Positions 1 through 9,764 of a DNA stretch of 64,000 nt are shown piece after piece. The notes under the pieces are model-generated. The model saw only the letters and a program-made list of their open reading frames with translations. It searched no databases and was not told the origin of the DNA. The stretch's first letter is position 1. Each line of letters starts with the position of its first letter. The stretch is from the IMG/VR virus record IMGVR_UViG_3300033070_001123; one strand, given 5' to 3'. A program made the position numbers and the translations under genes. Source of the DNA: a virus. Taxonomy: Duplodnaviria; Heunggongvirae; Uroviricota; Caudoviricetes.

Positions 1-740
1 ACGCCTTCCTTGATGGAGCAATAGTCTTCGGTGTAGGATAGCTTATCAGCTTTATATCGTTCTTTGAGAATGTCTAGGTTGTAATCGCCAGGATCGTAAA
101 GATTCGTATGTATATAGCTATCCAGCCCGCTAGAAGCTCTAATAAAAGCGGCCAAGTTACTAGACTGAGCGTTCCTTGCGGAACAAAGAACCCTATCCCT
201 AGTAGAAGTAGGGTCAAAAACAAAATCCCTACTATCTGGGCCATAAGGAATAAAAGTCGCCCTAACATTCGCAAAGGACGAAATCTCCTTCAAACCAAAC
301 TCGCTTGTTGAAACAATAGCGTCTGCATATTCGAAACTATCCTTGCTAGCAACGGAAATACCGCAAGAATCAAATGTATAAACGGCAACCCATCTAAACA
401 AAGTTGGATACATGGATTTGATTGCGTAAACAAAATTCGTATCTTTATAGTCGCCAATCGTTACAACAAGATCGGGTTGAATTCTCTTCATAAGCTCATA
501 TATGAACGGAGAAGCTTCTTCCGTCTTTGGCGTAAATGGATACAAATAACAAACATGCTTACCGTCCTTCTCATAGGAATGAACACCTTCTTCTGAAGGC
601 ATAAAATACCCCTCGTCATGATGCCAGACAGCAGAACTAACCTCATGTCCTTCCGAAACAAACTTTTCAATAATGTCTGCATTTATCTTGGCATTTCTAA
701 CCAAGAGATAGGGCGAAGCGCCAATAGTCAATATCTTCAT
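1..740 (-). CDS. GT-B fold glycosyltransferase (GT4-like), partial, runs off the left window edge
   Basis: Not in the ORF track. Manual translation from ATG at 740 (SD GGAG upstream) is open to position 1: MKILTIGASPYLLVRNAKINADIIEKFVSEGHEV...MKRIQPDLVVTIGD...ADAIVSTSEFG...FIPYGPD, a typical GT4 N-terminal Rossmann pattern. Confidence 0.75.
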   Translation of the reverse strand, partial: MKILTIGASPYLLVRNAKINADIIEKFVSEGHEVSSAVWHHDEGYFMPSEEGVHSYEKDGKHVCYLYPFTPKTEEASPFIYELMKRIQPDLVVTIGDYKDTNFVYAIKSMYPTLFRWVAVYTFDSCGISVASKDSFEYADAIVSTSEFGLKEISSFANVRATFIPYGPDSRDFVFDPTSTRDRVLCSARNAQSSNLAAFIRASSGLDSYIHTNLYDPGDYNLDILKERYKADKLSYTEDYCSIKEG

Positions 741-742
741 GT

Positions 743-1201
743 TTACTCCATAAGTATGTACAGCGGGTTTTCACGCCCATAAGATGTCAACTCATATATC
801 TCGTCAATCTTTGATTGCGAAACTAGAGACGTACAATCAACGATAACCGCTTGATATCCAGAGACTCCCATAAGTCTTTCAAGACAGTTCGGCGAACAAA
901 CAACAACTTTGTCTTTTAACTCTGGACTAAGCTTTAGGAACCTCGTCGCAAGAGCCATATTCGGAAGGACAAGTATTACCTTATCAAACTTCTCTTCTAT
1001 AATCTGCATGATTGCAGACGTATGACCAGCGCCTCTATAAGAACAAAGCTTAACAGTTGAGTATTCTTTTGCGCGTTTTATTCTTGGCAGAAAATCCAAA
1101 ACATTGCCAAGCTCTTTTTGTCGTTCCCTTGTCATATCAACAAGAGTAAGAAGACAAGTATACAATTTTCCACCGCGATATCCGGGACTTACCGTTTCCA
1201 T
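743..1201 (-). CDS. hypothetical protein, possibly a degenerate P-loop/helicase-like domain
   Basis: 152-aa ORF tightly packed between neighbours; SYRGAGHT resembles a decayed Walker A and AVIVD a Walker B. Confidence 0.5.
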   Translation of the reverse strand: METVSPGYRGGKLYTCLLTLVDMTRERQKELGNVLDFLPRIKRAKEYSTVKLCSYRGAGHTSAIMQIIEEKFDKVILVLPNMALATRFLKLSPELKDKVVVCSPNCLERLMGVSGYQAVIVDCTSLVSQSKIDEIYELTSYGRENPLYILME

Positions 1202-1253
1202 AGGAACATCTCCCTTCCAGCCTTACGGGCTGATATAGGAGATTATCGGCAAA

Positions 1254-2159
1254 TTATGTTAGTTGAGGGTCAGACCAGCCATGTCTTGTCTGAACTTCCA
1301 TCTCTTCTCCAAACCAAGTTATACTTGCTGCATGAAGAAGAGTTCCTTTATACTTAAATCCATAGTTGATATCGCTAGGCCAAGAATTATAGATAAACCT
1401 AGTTAACTTAATAACCTTTGTTTGCTCGCTAACAGCATAAGGAAAGTGAGGATTAGGAAAAACCTGTAAGGTTGTTGAATCTGGAATCGAAGCAACCCTC
1501 AATTCTTCTGCTTGATAAATGTTTTCTATTACTATCTTGTCTTCGCATACAAACTTAGAAGAATCAGCAACTTTAATAAACTCATCTTCTGCATTTACGT
1601 TAGCAATCAAATTACTTGTATCATAAGCGCCAATAAGAGGAAAGATATTCTTCTTCAAACCTAACTGAATGATATTAGCAAGCTGCATAACCGTTCTATA
1701 AGAAGATTCGTGATTATCGTTCTCTGCATAAATAGCTATCTGAAGATTGTATCTCTCTTTTGTTGTACCAAGAGTAAACCATTCAGACGTTCTATTTTGA
1801 CCAAGTATGGTTATGGCTGGATAGCGAGGAATAACATCAGGTTCGCCTATATAAATAGCCTGAACAAACTGACCGTCATACGTCTTCGTTATCATTGCAT
1901 TCGCTGAGACTCTCCAACCAGTTATAACCTTGATTGGCGACTCAAGGATGATTGTATTCCTATCTGGAATTTCCGCAATCCTCAAGCCAGGCTCGCCATT
2001 AACGCCATCATGTAAAGCAACTTCGTCGCCAACTCGAAAACGTATTGCAGAATTGACTTTTATAGTTATTGTATTGTAGAGAGCGTCCTCCGTAAGGGTC
2101 GCGCTTGTGTTGACCCAACGGTAAATTGTTCTTCTTACACTCTCTAGAATTTCTATCAT
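1254..2159 (-). CDS. putative tail terminator/tail completion protein with inserted beta domains
   Basis: 301 aa; YIGEPDVIPRYPAITI motif typical of tail-completion proteins; lies two genes downstream of the gp36-like adaptor. Confidence 0.5.
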   Translation of the reverse strand: MIEILESVRRTIYRWVNTSATLTEDALYNTITIKVNSAIRFRVGDEVALHDGVNGEPGLRIAEIPDRNTIILESPIKVITGWRVSANAMITKTYDGQFVQAIYIGEPDVIPRYPAITILGQNRTSEWFTLGTTKERYNLQIAIYAENDNHESSYRTVMQLANIIQLGLKKNIFPLIGAYDTSNLIANVNAEDEFIKVADSSKFVCEDKIVIENIYQAEELRVASIPDSTTLQVFPNPHFPYAVSEQTKVIKLTRFIYNSWPSDINYGFKYKGTLLHAASITWFGEEMEVQTRHGWSDPQLT

Positions 2160-2410
2160 TACTTATTCCCGCCCAAAAGATCATCAAGCATGTTGTTGAC
2201 TATATTATCAATTGATTTATTGATATCGCCTTCTTTTAGTTTGCTTGTTTTCATATACGATTCATAATCTGCTCTATTAATCGCTTCTTCTTTTGTTTTG
2301 CTAATTTTAGATTCAACTGATATTCCAAAATCAGTAACAACTTTTACAAATTTGACTTTATCAGCCAATGATTTTATATCAGAAACTACTTTTTCTGGAT
2401 CAGAACTCAT
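2159..2410 (-). CDS. hypothetical protein
   Basis: 83-aa ORF coupled to both neighbours by start/stop overlaps. Confidence 0.65.
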   Translation of the reverse strand: MSSDPEKVVSDIKSLADKVKFVKVVTDFGISVESKISKTKEEAINRADYESYMKTSKLKEGDINKSIDNIVNNMLDDLLGGNK

Positions 2411-3132
2411 CTATCGCCTCCCTTCATTTCCCTATCGCTACCTTCGATAGGAGGCAATCCGTACCTATCTCTAAGATTTGGATTGAAGAAACGATGACCT
2501 ATTCTCTTTTGACCATGAAGAATAGTTACACCTTGGAGAATATCGTTTAGCCCTGATAAGGCCCAGCCTCTCAGTGTTTTACCATAATCTGAAACATTAG
2601 GACTTGATTGAGAAGCAAAATACTTATCATAGATACTAGCGGCAGCTAATCTTGCACAAGCTAGATTAATAGCAGCAGGATATCTTACTCGAACAACTCT
2701 TGTTGTCTCAGCATGGTAAATACCAAGCAAAGGCTCTTGAAGTTCAATAGTTGTCGTATTGACAATACTCGAAACAGTATGCCTCTCTTCTCCTAAGGAG
2801 TCAATAAATATCAAGGTGTCGCCAGGATTTAGAGGAGAAGTTTTGTTGAGTTCGATTGTGTCGTTATAAGCGTCTATATCAACAAGAAGAGAAAGCTCCA
2901 AATCAACCTTTTCGCACAAAGGAGTCAGATAGAGTTCGCTAATAGCGGCGTCTATCTGATCTCCTGCCCATGTAATATATTGATATACAACGTCGTCTGG
3001 AATTGAGTTGTTACTCTTATTCTTACCAAAAGTCCAAAGAGGAACCGGCTGACCATTCACAACAGAGTTCGTTGCAGAAGTTAAGGCCTGTGCTAGTATG
3101 TCATATACCTGTTGTGTAGTTGCATATCCCAT
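2407..3132 (-). CDS. head-tail adaptor, Mu gp36/DUF1320-like
   Basis: QIDAAISELYLTPL and INLACARLAAASIYD match the gp36-like pattern, separated by an inserted beta domain. Confidence 0.65.
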   Translation of the reverse strand: MGYATTQQVYDILAQALTSATNSVVNGQPVPLWTFGKNKSNNSIPDDVVYQYITWAGDQIDAAISELYLTPLCEKVDLELSLLVDIDAYNDTIELNKTSPLNPGDTLIFIDSLGEERHTVSSIVNTTTIELQEPLLGIYHAETTRVVRVRYPAAINLACARLAAASIYDKYFASQSSPNVSDYGKTLRGWALSGLNDILQGVTILHGQKRIGHRFFNPNLRDRYGLPPIEGSDREMKGGDR

Positions 3133-3145
3133 TTATCTTTCCTGT

Positions 3146-4216
3146 TTACGATAGTATCTTATCTAAAGGATCTTGGGAAGCTGCTTGCATTTCCTTCTTT
3201 TGCGTAATAATCGCCTGCGTCAACAAACCTTCTGCAACCGCATTTCTTGGACTCTTAGCGTGTCTTACTTCCTTAATCTGGAAAGGCAAGTTCATCCCTC
3301 TTACTATTTTCTCTAATTTCTGGCAAAAACCCTTTGGCATACTTGTACCACCAGCAATAACAATATCAAGAGGCTGACTGAACTTACTTTTAGACTCTTG
3401 GAACTTCTTTCCGAACAATCCAAAAACATGCTCGATCATAGCGTCATAATAAGCATCAAGGGCAAAAGAAACGTCGTCATTTTCGTCTAGCTTGTTGAAA
3501 TCAAGCTTCTTTTCCTTAGTAGAAATGACCTGAGAAAGAGGAACGCCCGTCTGCTCAGAAACTTGCTTATCAATCCAATCGCCGCTACGAGCAACAGACA
3601 TTCCAACAACAGGCAATCCCTTGTATGCCAAAAGACAGTTAACTCTACCCGCTCCAAAGCTTACACCAATGCCAGAATAAGGAACAACCGTTCCGTCTTC
3701 TTCGGTCATAGTTGGCCTTTCGCTCAAAACAACAGCATGAGCCTCTTCGATAACCTTTACCTTCCATCCAAGCCTTGTGAACAAAGCCGTCAAACGATTC
3801 TTGTGAAAAGTTGAATCAACGGAAGTATCAACAGACTCAGAACTAACGCATATACAAACCCATGAGTTAGAGTCAGGAGCCTGCCCAATAGAAGCCTTGA
3901 TTATCTCAGCAAGAACAACAAGCTTCTTGTCTTCATTCTTGTTCAAAACTCCGTCAGCCATAGGCCTTCGTATTTCAACTTTGCCCGGGAATATGTTAGC
4001 GACCTTAATACAGTCGTCTCCGACGACATAGTAATTATCTCCATCCTTGATATATTGCCAGTTGTTGCTTTTGAGGGCCTCTTCAACATCATCCGTTTTG
4101 GGTAGTTCAACAAATGCGTTTCGGGTGTTCTTGACTATCGTTTGACCGTTTACTAATTCTGCGACCTGAAAAAACATTGTGCCCGGATCGCACGCTATGG
4201 CTCTACTCATGATCAA
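3146..4216 (-). CDS. actin-fold ATPase (MreB/MamK/ParM superfamily)
   Basis: All five actin-superfamily motifs in order: phosphate-1 IACDPGT, connect-1 IEEAHAVV, phosphate-2 GVSFGAGRVN, adenosine IVIAGGTSMPKGF, connect-2 RNAVAEG; SD AAGGAG upstream. Confidence 0.85.
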   Translation of the reverse strand: MIMSRAIACDPGTMFFQVAELVNGQTIVKNTRNAFVELPKTDDVEEALKSNNWQYIKDGDNYYVVGDDCIKVANIFPGKVEIRRPMADGVLNKNEDKKLVVLAEIIKASIGQAPDSNSWVCICVSSESVDTSVDSTFHKNRLTALFTRLGWKVKVIEEAHAVVLSERPTMTEEDGTVVPYSGIGVSFGAGRVNCLLAYKGLPVVGMSVARSGDWIDKQVSEQTGVPLSQVISTKEKKLDFNKLDENDDVSFALDAYYDAMIEHVFGLFGKKFQESKSKFSQPLDIVIAGGTSMPKGFCQKLEKIVRGMNLPFQIKEVRHAKSPRNAVAEGLLTQAIITQKKEMQAASQDPLDKILS

Positions 4217-5015
4217 TCTCCTTCTTCGACTTGTAATTCAACTCTCTTACTTTATTCTCTTTACGATATACATTTATGTACTTCAAAGGTCTTTCTTCAA
4301 AGCTCTTTTCCCAATAATTTTCGTCTATATACGGTCCAAAATCGAATTTGTATTCATAACAAGAAACAGGGCTCTTCAAGCCAATAATCTTTATGAAATT
4401 GCATAAAGCTTTTCTGCCAATAACGATTTGATTTTCTTCTATGTAAATAGAATCAGTACCTATTAGTTCTTCCAGTTTTGCTTTTAGAAAATTTACATCT
4501 TCAAATGTAAAACCCTGGGTACACAAGACAATTCTTCTGTAGTTTGGTCTACTTTTCTTGCGATATAAAGAACCATCTCCCAGATACCACCATAGTAGAG
4601 TGCTTTTATCCAAAGTTATATCTTTAGGAACAATTTTCTTACCTTCTGGATACCATCTTTGATATTCCTTCGTAAGACGTTCATCAACCTTGCTAGTTAG
4701 TCTCCAAGATTTGTATATTTTTTCGGTTCTCTTATCATGAATATCTCGGCAGGTTGGTTCTGTCCAGTTAAAGCTTCCGCTTCTTTGTTGAAAAACTTTC
4801 GCAAATTCCTCATGCTTGCAAGATAGTTTGAATCTAGCATTCTTTGCTGCTTTTTCAAGAAAACCATCCGAAAGCATCATCCCGTCAAAAACAGAATAAT
4901 CCCAAAATTGCGATCCACAAATGGTTAATTTAGTAGATGCATTACAAATTTCACGCAGTTGTTCTTCAACTCCATTTATCTCTTCCTCTGCAACTCCAAT
5001 TGCTTTACTCGACAT
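4203..5015 (-). mobile_element. free-standing double-motif LAGLIDADG homing endonuclease
   Basis: Motifs VFDGMMLSDG and LLWWYLGDGS, followed by IVLCTQGFTFEDVNFL; has its own SD (AAGGAG). Confidence 0.85.
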
Positions 5016-5030
5016 CTCTGTTCTCCTTTA

Positions 5031-5597
5031 TTACAGCAATCCTTCTAATTCCTGTATGTTCTTCGTAACATCTTTATCGGTTGTTTGTTCTTCATGCTTT
5101 ACCTTAGATTCAGCGTTACCGGCCAATCGGTTAACCATCCTCTTTTGTATATCAACAAGCTTACCCTGGTCAACGTCTTTAGCTTCTTGCGACTGAACTT
5201 GCGATTGAGAGTTTCCAACAATTGCCGTCAAATTCTGAAGCGCAGCAAGAGCCTGATTAAGAGCATTTACATCAACGGCTGGTTGTGAATGAGATACCTT
5301 TTCATCAATCCTCTTGGTTAGCTTCTCTTCAAGCTGTTTTATCGAGTTGATAACATCCATTGAAGAGTTTTGCTGAGGTTGATCCGCCGCAGCAGCGGGC
5401 TGCATATTGATAGCCCCTGAATCTTTATTCAAACAAAGTAGAGATTTTGAAGAAAACAAAGACCTAAGACTTCTAGCTTGTTCAATGTAGAATCTAGAAG
5501 AAATCATATCTAAGTCTATCGTATGTCCAGGCGAAAGAGTAACTCTTAATTCTGGTATATCAACATCATGTTTTGTAATGTTCTTTACAACAAACAT
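5031..5597 (-). CDS. hypothetical protein (small N-terminal beta domain plus Q-rich coiled coil)
   Basis: 188-aa ORF; N-terminus FVVKNITKHDVDIPELRVTLSPG. Confidence 0.75.
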   Translation of the reverse strand: MFVVKNITKHDVDIPELRVTLSPGHTIDLDMISSRFYIEQARSLRSLFSSKSLLCLNKDSGAINMQPAAAADQPQQNSSMDVINSIKQLEEKLTKRIDEKVSHSQPAVDVNALNQALAALQNLTAIVGNSQSQVQSQEAKDVDQGKLVDIQKRMVNRLAGNAESKVKHEEQTTDKDVTKNIQELEGLL

Positions 5598-5598
5598 A

Positions 5599-5820
5599 TT
5601 ACATCCTTCTTGTTTTTGGATAAGCCGATGGCATCTGCTTAGAAAAATCCATTTCGTTCATCTTTTTACATGATTGACAAAGCCAATAAACCTTGGAATC
5701 TCCAAAGTTAAACTCTATAGTCGGATTTCTCTCATGATGCCTGCAATGCCCGCAAACGGCCATCATCCTACAAGAAACGTTTTCAGACTTAGAAAGATCC
5801 CATGCTTTGCTGTCTTCCAT
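5599..5820 (-). CDS. small zinc-ribbon protein
   Basis: 73 aa with CGHC and CQSC pairs. Confidence 0.65.
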   Translation of the reverse strand: MEDSKAWDLSKSENVSCRMMAVCGHCRHHERNPTIEFNFGDSKVYWLCQSCKKMNEMDFSKQMPSAYPKTRRM

Positions 5821-8800
5821 TTACTACTCCAGCGATTATTGCGTCTAACACACTTGTATCGACATTGAACTTTGCAAACTTTCCTCTCAATGAGACAAGG
5901 TTTGCAATCCTTCTATTTTGAGCAATCTTCTGCATCATTCTCAATCTAGAAGCAATCTTACCAGCAGCGCCAGCGTCTAGAAGTTCAGCGAAGAACAAGG
6001 CGTCTCTAGCAACAAGGCGAGAAGGACCATACGGCCTCTTACCCTTTGGATCGATTGCCTCTTCTTGAGGAGTCTCTCTAAGCATGCTCTTAACTAACTC
6101 GTCAACCTTAACTTGAGGCTTGTTATGAACAAGAGTTTTCTTTACAAGACCCCTATTATAAGCATCTCTAAGATCTGGGAAATATCTCTCAGCAATCTGG
6201 AACAGCCTTCTGTCTGGCATCTCTTTTATAGAGTTTGAAATCTGACCGGGAGTGATACCGATATGCTTCAAGAACTGATCCTTAGATTCAAGCTTATTTC
6301 TTGCCAAGAAAGCAGGATTATCCATAGATTGCTCTATGTACCTTTCAAGATAGACTCTCAAAGCTTCAAGCTCTCTGCTTTGATCGACGTAATACTTCTT
6401 GTACTCGCTCTTGTCAAATTCATCTATAACTCTCTTCTTAGAATCTCTAGGAAGCTTTGCAAAGTCAGCCTTACCCTTTACGTTGTTCAAGCCAGCGGCT
6501 GCTGCAAACTGAGCAACATATTCGTCTTTGATAAATGAACCTGGATCGCTAAATTTCTTTTCTATATCCGTTGGAGTTGAGTACATTGTTTCAAGTATAT
6601 CTCTTACCTTATCAAAGGTTGCAGTGATTTCTTGAGGGGTCATTGCCTCAATCTCTTCCTCAGTCTTACCAAGATCAACGCCTCTTCGAGCAAGCTGAGT
6701 AAGATAGTTCATCTTGTCGTCAAAAGAACCTCTGTTCGTCTTTGCCAAAAGAGAACCAACCGCTGCTGTCTCTGGGAAGAAACCTATAACCTCAACAAAC
6801 GAAACCATTGTATCGTTGCCGTACTTATTGATAAGCTCTGGATCTAACAATACGTCTCTAAGGCTTTCAAGATCTCCATAAGCCTTTTGCTTGATAATGT
6901 TTCTTGTGTTATTTACTTGATTATAAGCTGGATCTTTTCTACTACCAACTTGCATGTTAGGAGGATATTCAACAGCGCTCGACGTTAGTATTTCGTCATA
7001 CGCCTGGCGAGGGTCTGCAAATAGCTTATCTGCAACAGCCTTTTGAACTATACCAGCTACGTCAGGATTATCAAGAGCAAATGAGTTATCTGCAAGATGC
7101 TCAAGCTTAAATAGCTCGCTCCAGTCTTGATTTAGAATATTAATCATCCTCTCGTCAGTAAGGTTGTTTATGCCTCTATTAGCTGCCTCAACAGTTTGGG
7201 CAACGGACTTCCTGCATGACTCTTGTATTCTAGACCAAAGAAGCATTTTACGAAGAGCATTAACCTTTTGGTCTCTTGTTTCCTTTGTCAAAGGCGTTCT
7301 CTGATAAAACTGAGCAAGCTTACCATTTACGTCTGTAATAAACGAACTGAGCTTATTCCAGTTATTTTGCAAACTCTGTAGTTTATCAAGTTCAACCGTA
7401 TCACCCTTCTGAACTGGCAAGCCTTCAGGCTGCAAGCCCTCTTCTTTGAAGACGCTTTCTCCAAGTTCAAGACGGAAATCAGTTTTGAAATCTCTATCTG
7501 GAGTAATAGCAAATGGGTCTTTTTCATTAGCAGAACCAGCATCAGCGGCCCATTGCATTTCTTGAGACTTATCTGATTGCGCCGAACGAACAGCCTCTTG
7601 CAATACCCAATCAAAAAACTTATAATGCAAAGGATTGTCTTTATCAGAAATAACACTCTTAAGCTCTTGAACAAGAGGTTCAAAATGTCTATGAACAACA
7701 TTCATAACATTTGCATCATATCCGCTCTTACCAATATTTCCAAGTATTTCATTCTCGCCAGGATCAAGATCTGGACCAATGCTGTCAAGCATGGCCTGTC
7801 TAGCATAAGGCTCTAAAAAGAATGACAAAAACAACTCTTTGTTATTGGCATCGGCGCTGAAAAGCTTATCCTTAATGAATCCAATTGAATCAGAATCAGC
7901 AAGAAGTTTGCTATTCACAAATGACTTAGACTTATCTCCCCTACTCAAACGAGATTGCAAAATCAAATCCCTATCTCTAGAAGACAAAGGCTCGCCAAGG
8001 AGCATCTTGTATCTAATGAGACTTTCTTTGTCATTTCCGCCAAGATAGCTTTTCAAGAACAAGTTCTTGAGTTCTTCTCTTGAAGCGTCGTCAATACCGC
8101 TTGAAATAGTAGAACCAGTAAACTCTTCTTGAACCTCCTTGAGCAATGCAAGGTTATGATCATTATGAGTAAACTGAGGCATCTGAGCAATAGTATCAAA
8201 AACCCTATTCGTCTTGCCTTTACCCTCTTGCAAAGCCCTATTTCGCTGAAACAAAGCGACAACTTGAGCCTTTGTTAGGTCTGGATATTTTTGCTCTTGA
8301 GGAGCTTGAGCAACGTCCTCTTCGCCTGAAAGACTCTTCCTCTTTGACTCTTCAAACTTGTCTTTGAATATCTTCTCAAACAAAGTCAGAGCTTCTTGCT
8401 TTCTCCCTATTTCCTCATCCGTCAAAGGCCTTCTATCAGGGCCAATTTCCGTTTCTGCTTCTTCGTCAACAAACGAGAGGAACATATCGAAAATCTGATC
8501 TGGAGTAATAGGGTTATAACTGGTATAACCAGAAAGCATCTTGTTAAACTTGAAAATGAATCCAGCAAGCCATTGCTGAACATTAATCGCAGAATTGGGT
8601 AAAATCCTTGGCTTTGACGGAGGGAGATTAGATTCTGAAGCGCTTGAAGACGGAGACGAAGGCGCTGATTTAGGAGCGTTCGGAGCGGCTTTAGGCGCAG
8701 TAACAGGAGTATTCCCTCTCATAAACGGAGGGATATTAGGCCCGTATTGAACAGGTGTAGAAAGCTCGTCTTGCGAAAAAGGAGGCTGTTTATAAGGCCT

Positions 8801-8860
8801 AAGCGTAGCCTCTTTAGAAAAAGCCTCTTTCATCAAATTCATAAATACTAGATTGTTCAT
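5789..8860 (-). CDS. large, mostly helical hypothetical protein (candidate internal virion protein)
   Basis: 1023-aa ORF with SD; Pro/Ser-rich N-terminal linker; K-x-A motifs near both termini. Confidence 0.8.
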   Translation of the reverse strand: MNNLVFMNLMKEAFSKEATLRPYKQPPFSQDELSTPVQYGPNIPPFMRGNTPVTAPKAAPNAPKSAPSSPSSSASESNLPPSKPRILPNSAINVQQWLAGFIFKFNKMLSGYTSYNPITPDQIFDMFLSFVDEEAETEIGPDRRPLTDEEIGRKQEALTLFEKIFKDKFEESKRKSLSGEEDVAQAPQEQKYPDLTKAQVVALFQRNRALQEGKGKTNRVFDTIAQMPQFTHNDHNLALLKEVQEEFTGSTISSGIDDASREELKNLFLKSYLGGNDKESLIRYKMLLGEPLSSRDRDLILQSRLSRGDKSKSFVNSKLLADSDSIGFIKDKLFSADANNKELFLSFFLEPYARQAMLDSIGPDLDPGENEILGNIGKSGYDANVMNVVHRHFEPLVQELKSVISDKDNPLHYKFFDWVLQEAVRSAQSDKSQEMQWAADAGSANEKDPFAITPDRDFKTDFRLELGESVFKEEGLQPEGLPVQKGDTVELDKLQSLQNNWNKLSSFITDVNGKLAQFYQRTPLTKETRDQKVNALRKMLLWSRIQESCRKSVAQTVEAANRGINNLTDERMINILNQDWSELFKLEHLADNSFALDNPDVAGIVQKAVADKLFADPRQAYDEILTSSAVEYPPNMQVGSRKDPAYNQVNNTRNIIKQKAYGDLESLRDVLLDPELINKYGNDTMVSFVEVIGFFPETAAVGSLLAKTNRGSFDDKMNYLTQLARRGVDLGKTEEEIEAMTPQEITATFDKVRDILETMYSTPTDIEKKFSDPGSFIKDEYVAQFAAAAGLNNVKGKADFAKLPRDSKKRVIDEFDKSEYKKYYVDQSRELEALRVYLERYIEQSMDNPAFLARNKLESKDQFLKHIGITPGQISNSIKEMPDRRLFQIAERYFPDLRDAYNRGLVKKTLVHNKPQVKVDELVKSMLRETPQEEAIDPKGKRPYGPSRLVARDALFFAELLDAGAAGKIASRLRMMQKIAQNRRIANLVSLRGKFAKFNVDTSVLDAIIAGVVNGRQQSMGSF

Positions 8861-8959
8861 CCTATAGCTCCTAACGTGTCTCTCCTACCATTCAACGGAA
8901 TTGATAACTTTCCTCCAAGTTTTAGGAGAAGAATTATCACCCCATCTATTCAAATATCG

Positions 8960-9733
8960 TCAATCGTAAGATTCTGCCTTTTGGGTAGATCCGTTAGAAG
9001 AATGACCATTATTCCTAGAAGATTCTCTAATACCTTCCTTATACCTCTGGTCTATATCAGAGACAATCTTCTCTCTGACGCAAGAAGCGTAGTCAAGCTC
9101 AATAAACTCAAGATTATTGATACCTTGAAGCCTATTGATAGCATCAGCAAGACCGTTTAGTTTAGAACCAAGGTCAGACTGTTCAACGTCGCCAGTGCAT
9201 ACAATCTTCGATCCCTCTCCAATACGAGTAAGCATCATTCGCATTTGCTGAACAGTTGAATTTTGGCACTCGTCAGCAACTATATAAGACCTCTTAAAAG
9301 TGCAACCTCTCATATAAGCAAGAGGATAGATAACGATCTTTTTGCTTTCAATAAGGTTCTTGATATCGTCTTGACTTAGATAATCTGAAACAACTTCGTA
9401 CAAAGGCATAACAGCCCAACTCATTTTAGCGTCGAAATTTCCGGGCAAAAAACCAAGCTTCTCGCCAGCCTCAACATAGGGTCTTGTAAAAACAACTCTG
9501 TCATAATGACCTTTTAGCAATTCTTGAATTCCCCAACCAACGGCACAATGTGTCTTGCCTGTACCGGGAGCGCCGTATAAAAAGGTTACTTGATTTTCTG
9601 AAATAGCTTTGAGCGCTTTTTTCTGACCAGCATTCTTTGCTGAAACCGCAATTAAAAGCTTCGAAGATGTATTATCAGCCAAAACAAGATCTTCGCCTCT
9701 TTTACCTTTCATGCCCTTCATTTTCTTAGCCAT
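8960..9733 (-). CDS. phoH: PhoH-family ATPase
   Basis: GAPGTGKT Walker A, TRPYVEAGEKLGFLPG, PLAYMRG, ADECQN, MLTRIGEGSKIVCTGDVEQSD: canonical PhoH motifs. Confidence 0.95.
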   Translation of the reverse strand: MAKKMKGMKGKRGEDLVLADNTSSKLLIAVSAKNAGQKKALKAISENQVTFLYGAPGTGKTHCAVGWGIQELLKGHYDRVVFTRPYVEAGEKLGFLPGNFDAKMSWAVMPLYEVVSDYLSQDDIKNLIESKKIVIYPLAYMRGCTFKRSYIVADECQNSTVQQMRMMLTRIGEGSKIVCTGDVEQSDLGSKLNGLADAINRLQGINNLEFIELDYASCVREKIVSDIDQRYKEGIRESSRNNGHSSNGSTQKAESYD

Positions 9734-9764
9734 ACAAACAGACTCCTTTAGATGATTAAACTAA

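Noticed and set aside
74-682. Tracked minus-strand ORFs 74-274 and 488-682
   Set aside because: Both lie in alternative frames inside the uninterrupted glycosyltransferase ORF 740 to <1.
8861-8965. Sigma70-like promoter (TTGACG...GATAAT) upstream of the 1023-aa gene
   Set aside because: Spacer of about 19 nt, and the -35 overlaps the phoH stop; too weak to support.
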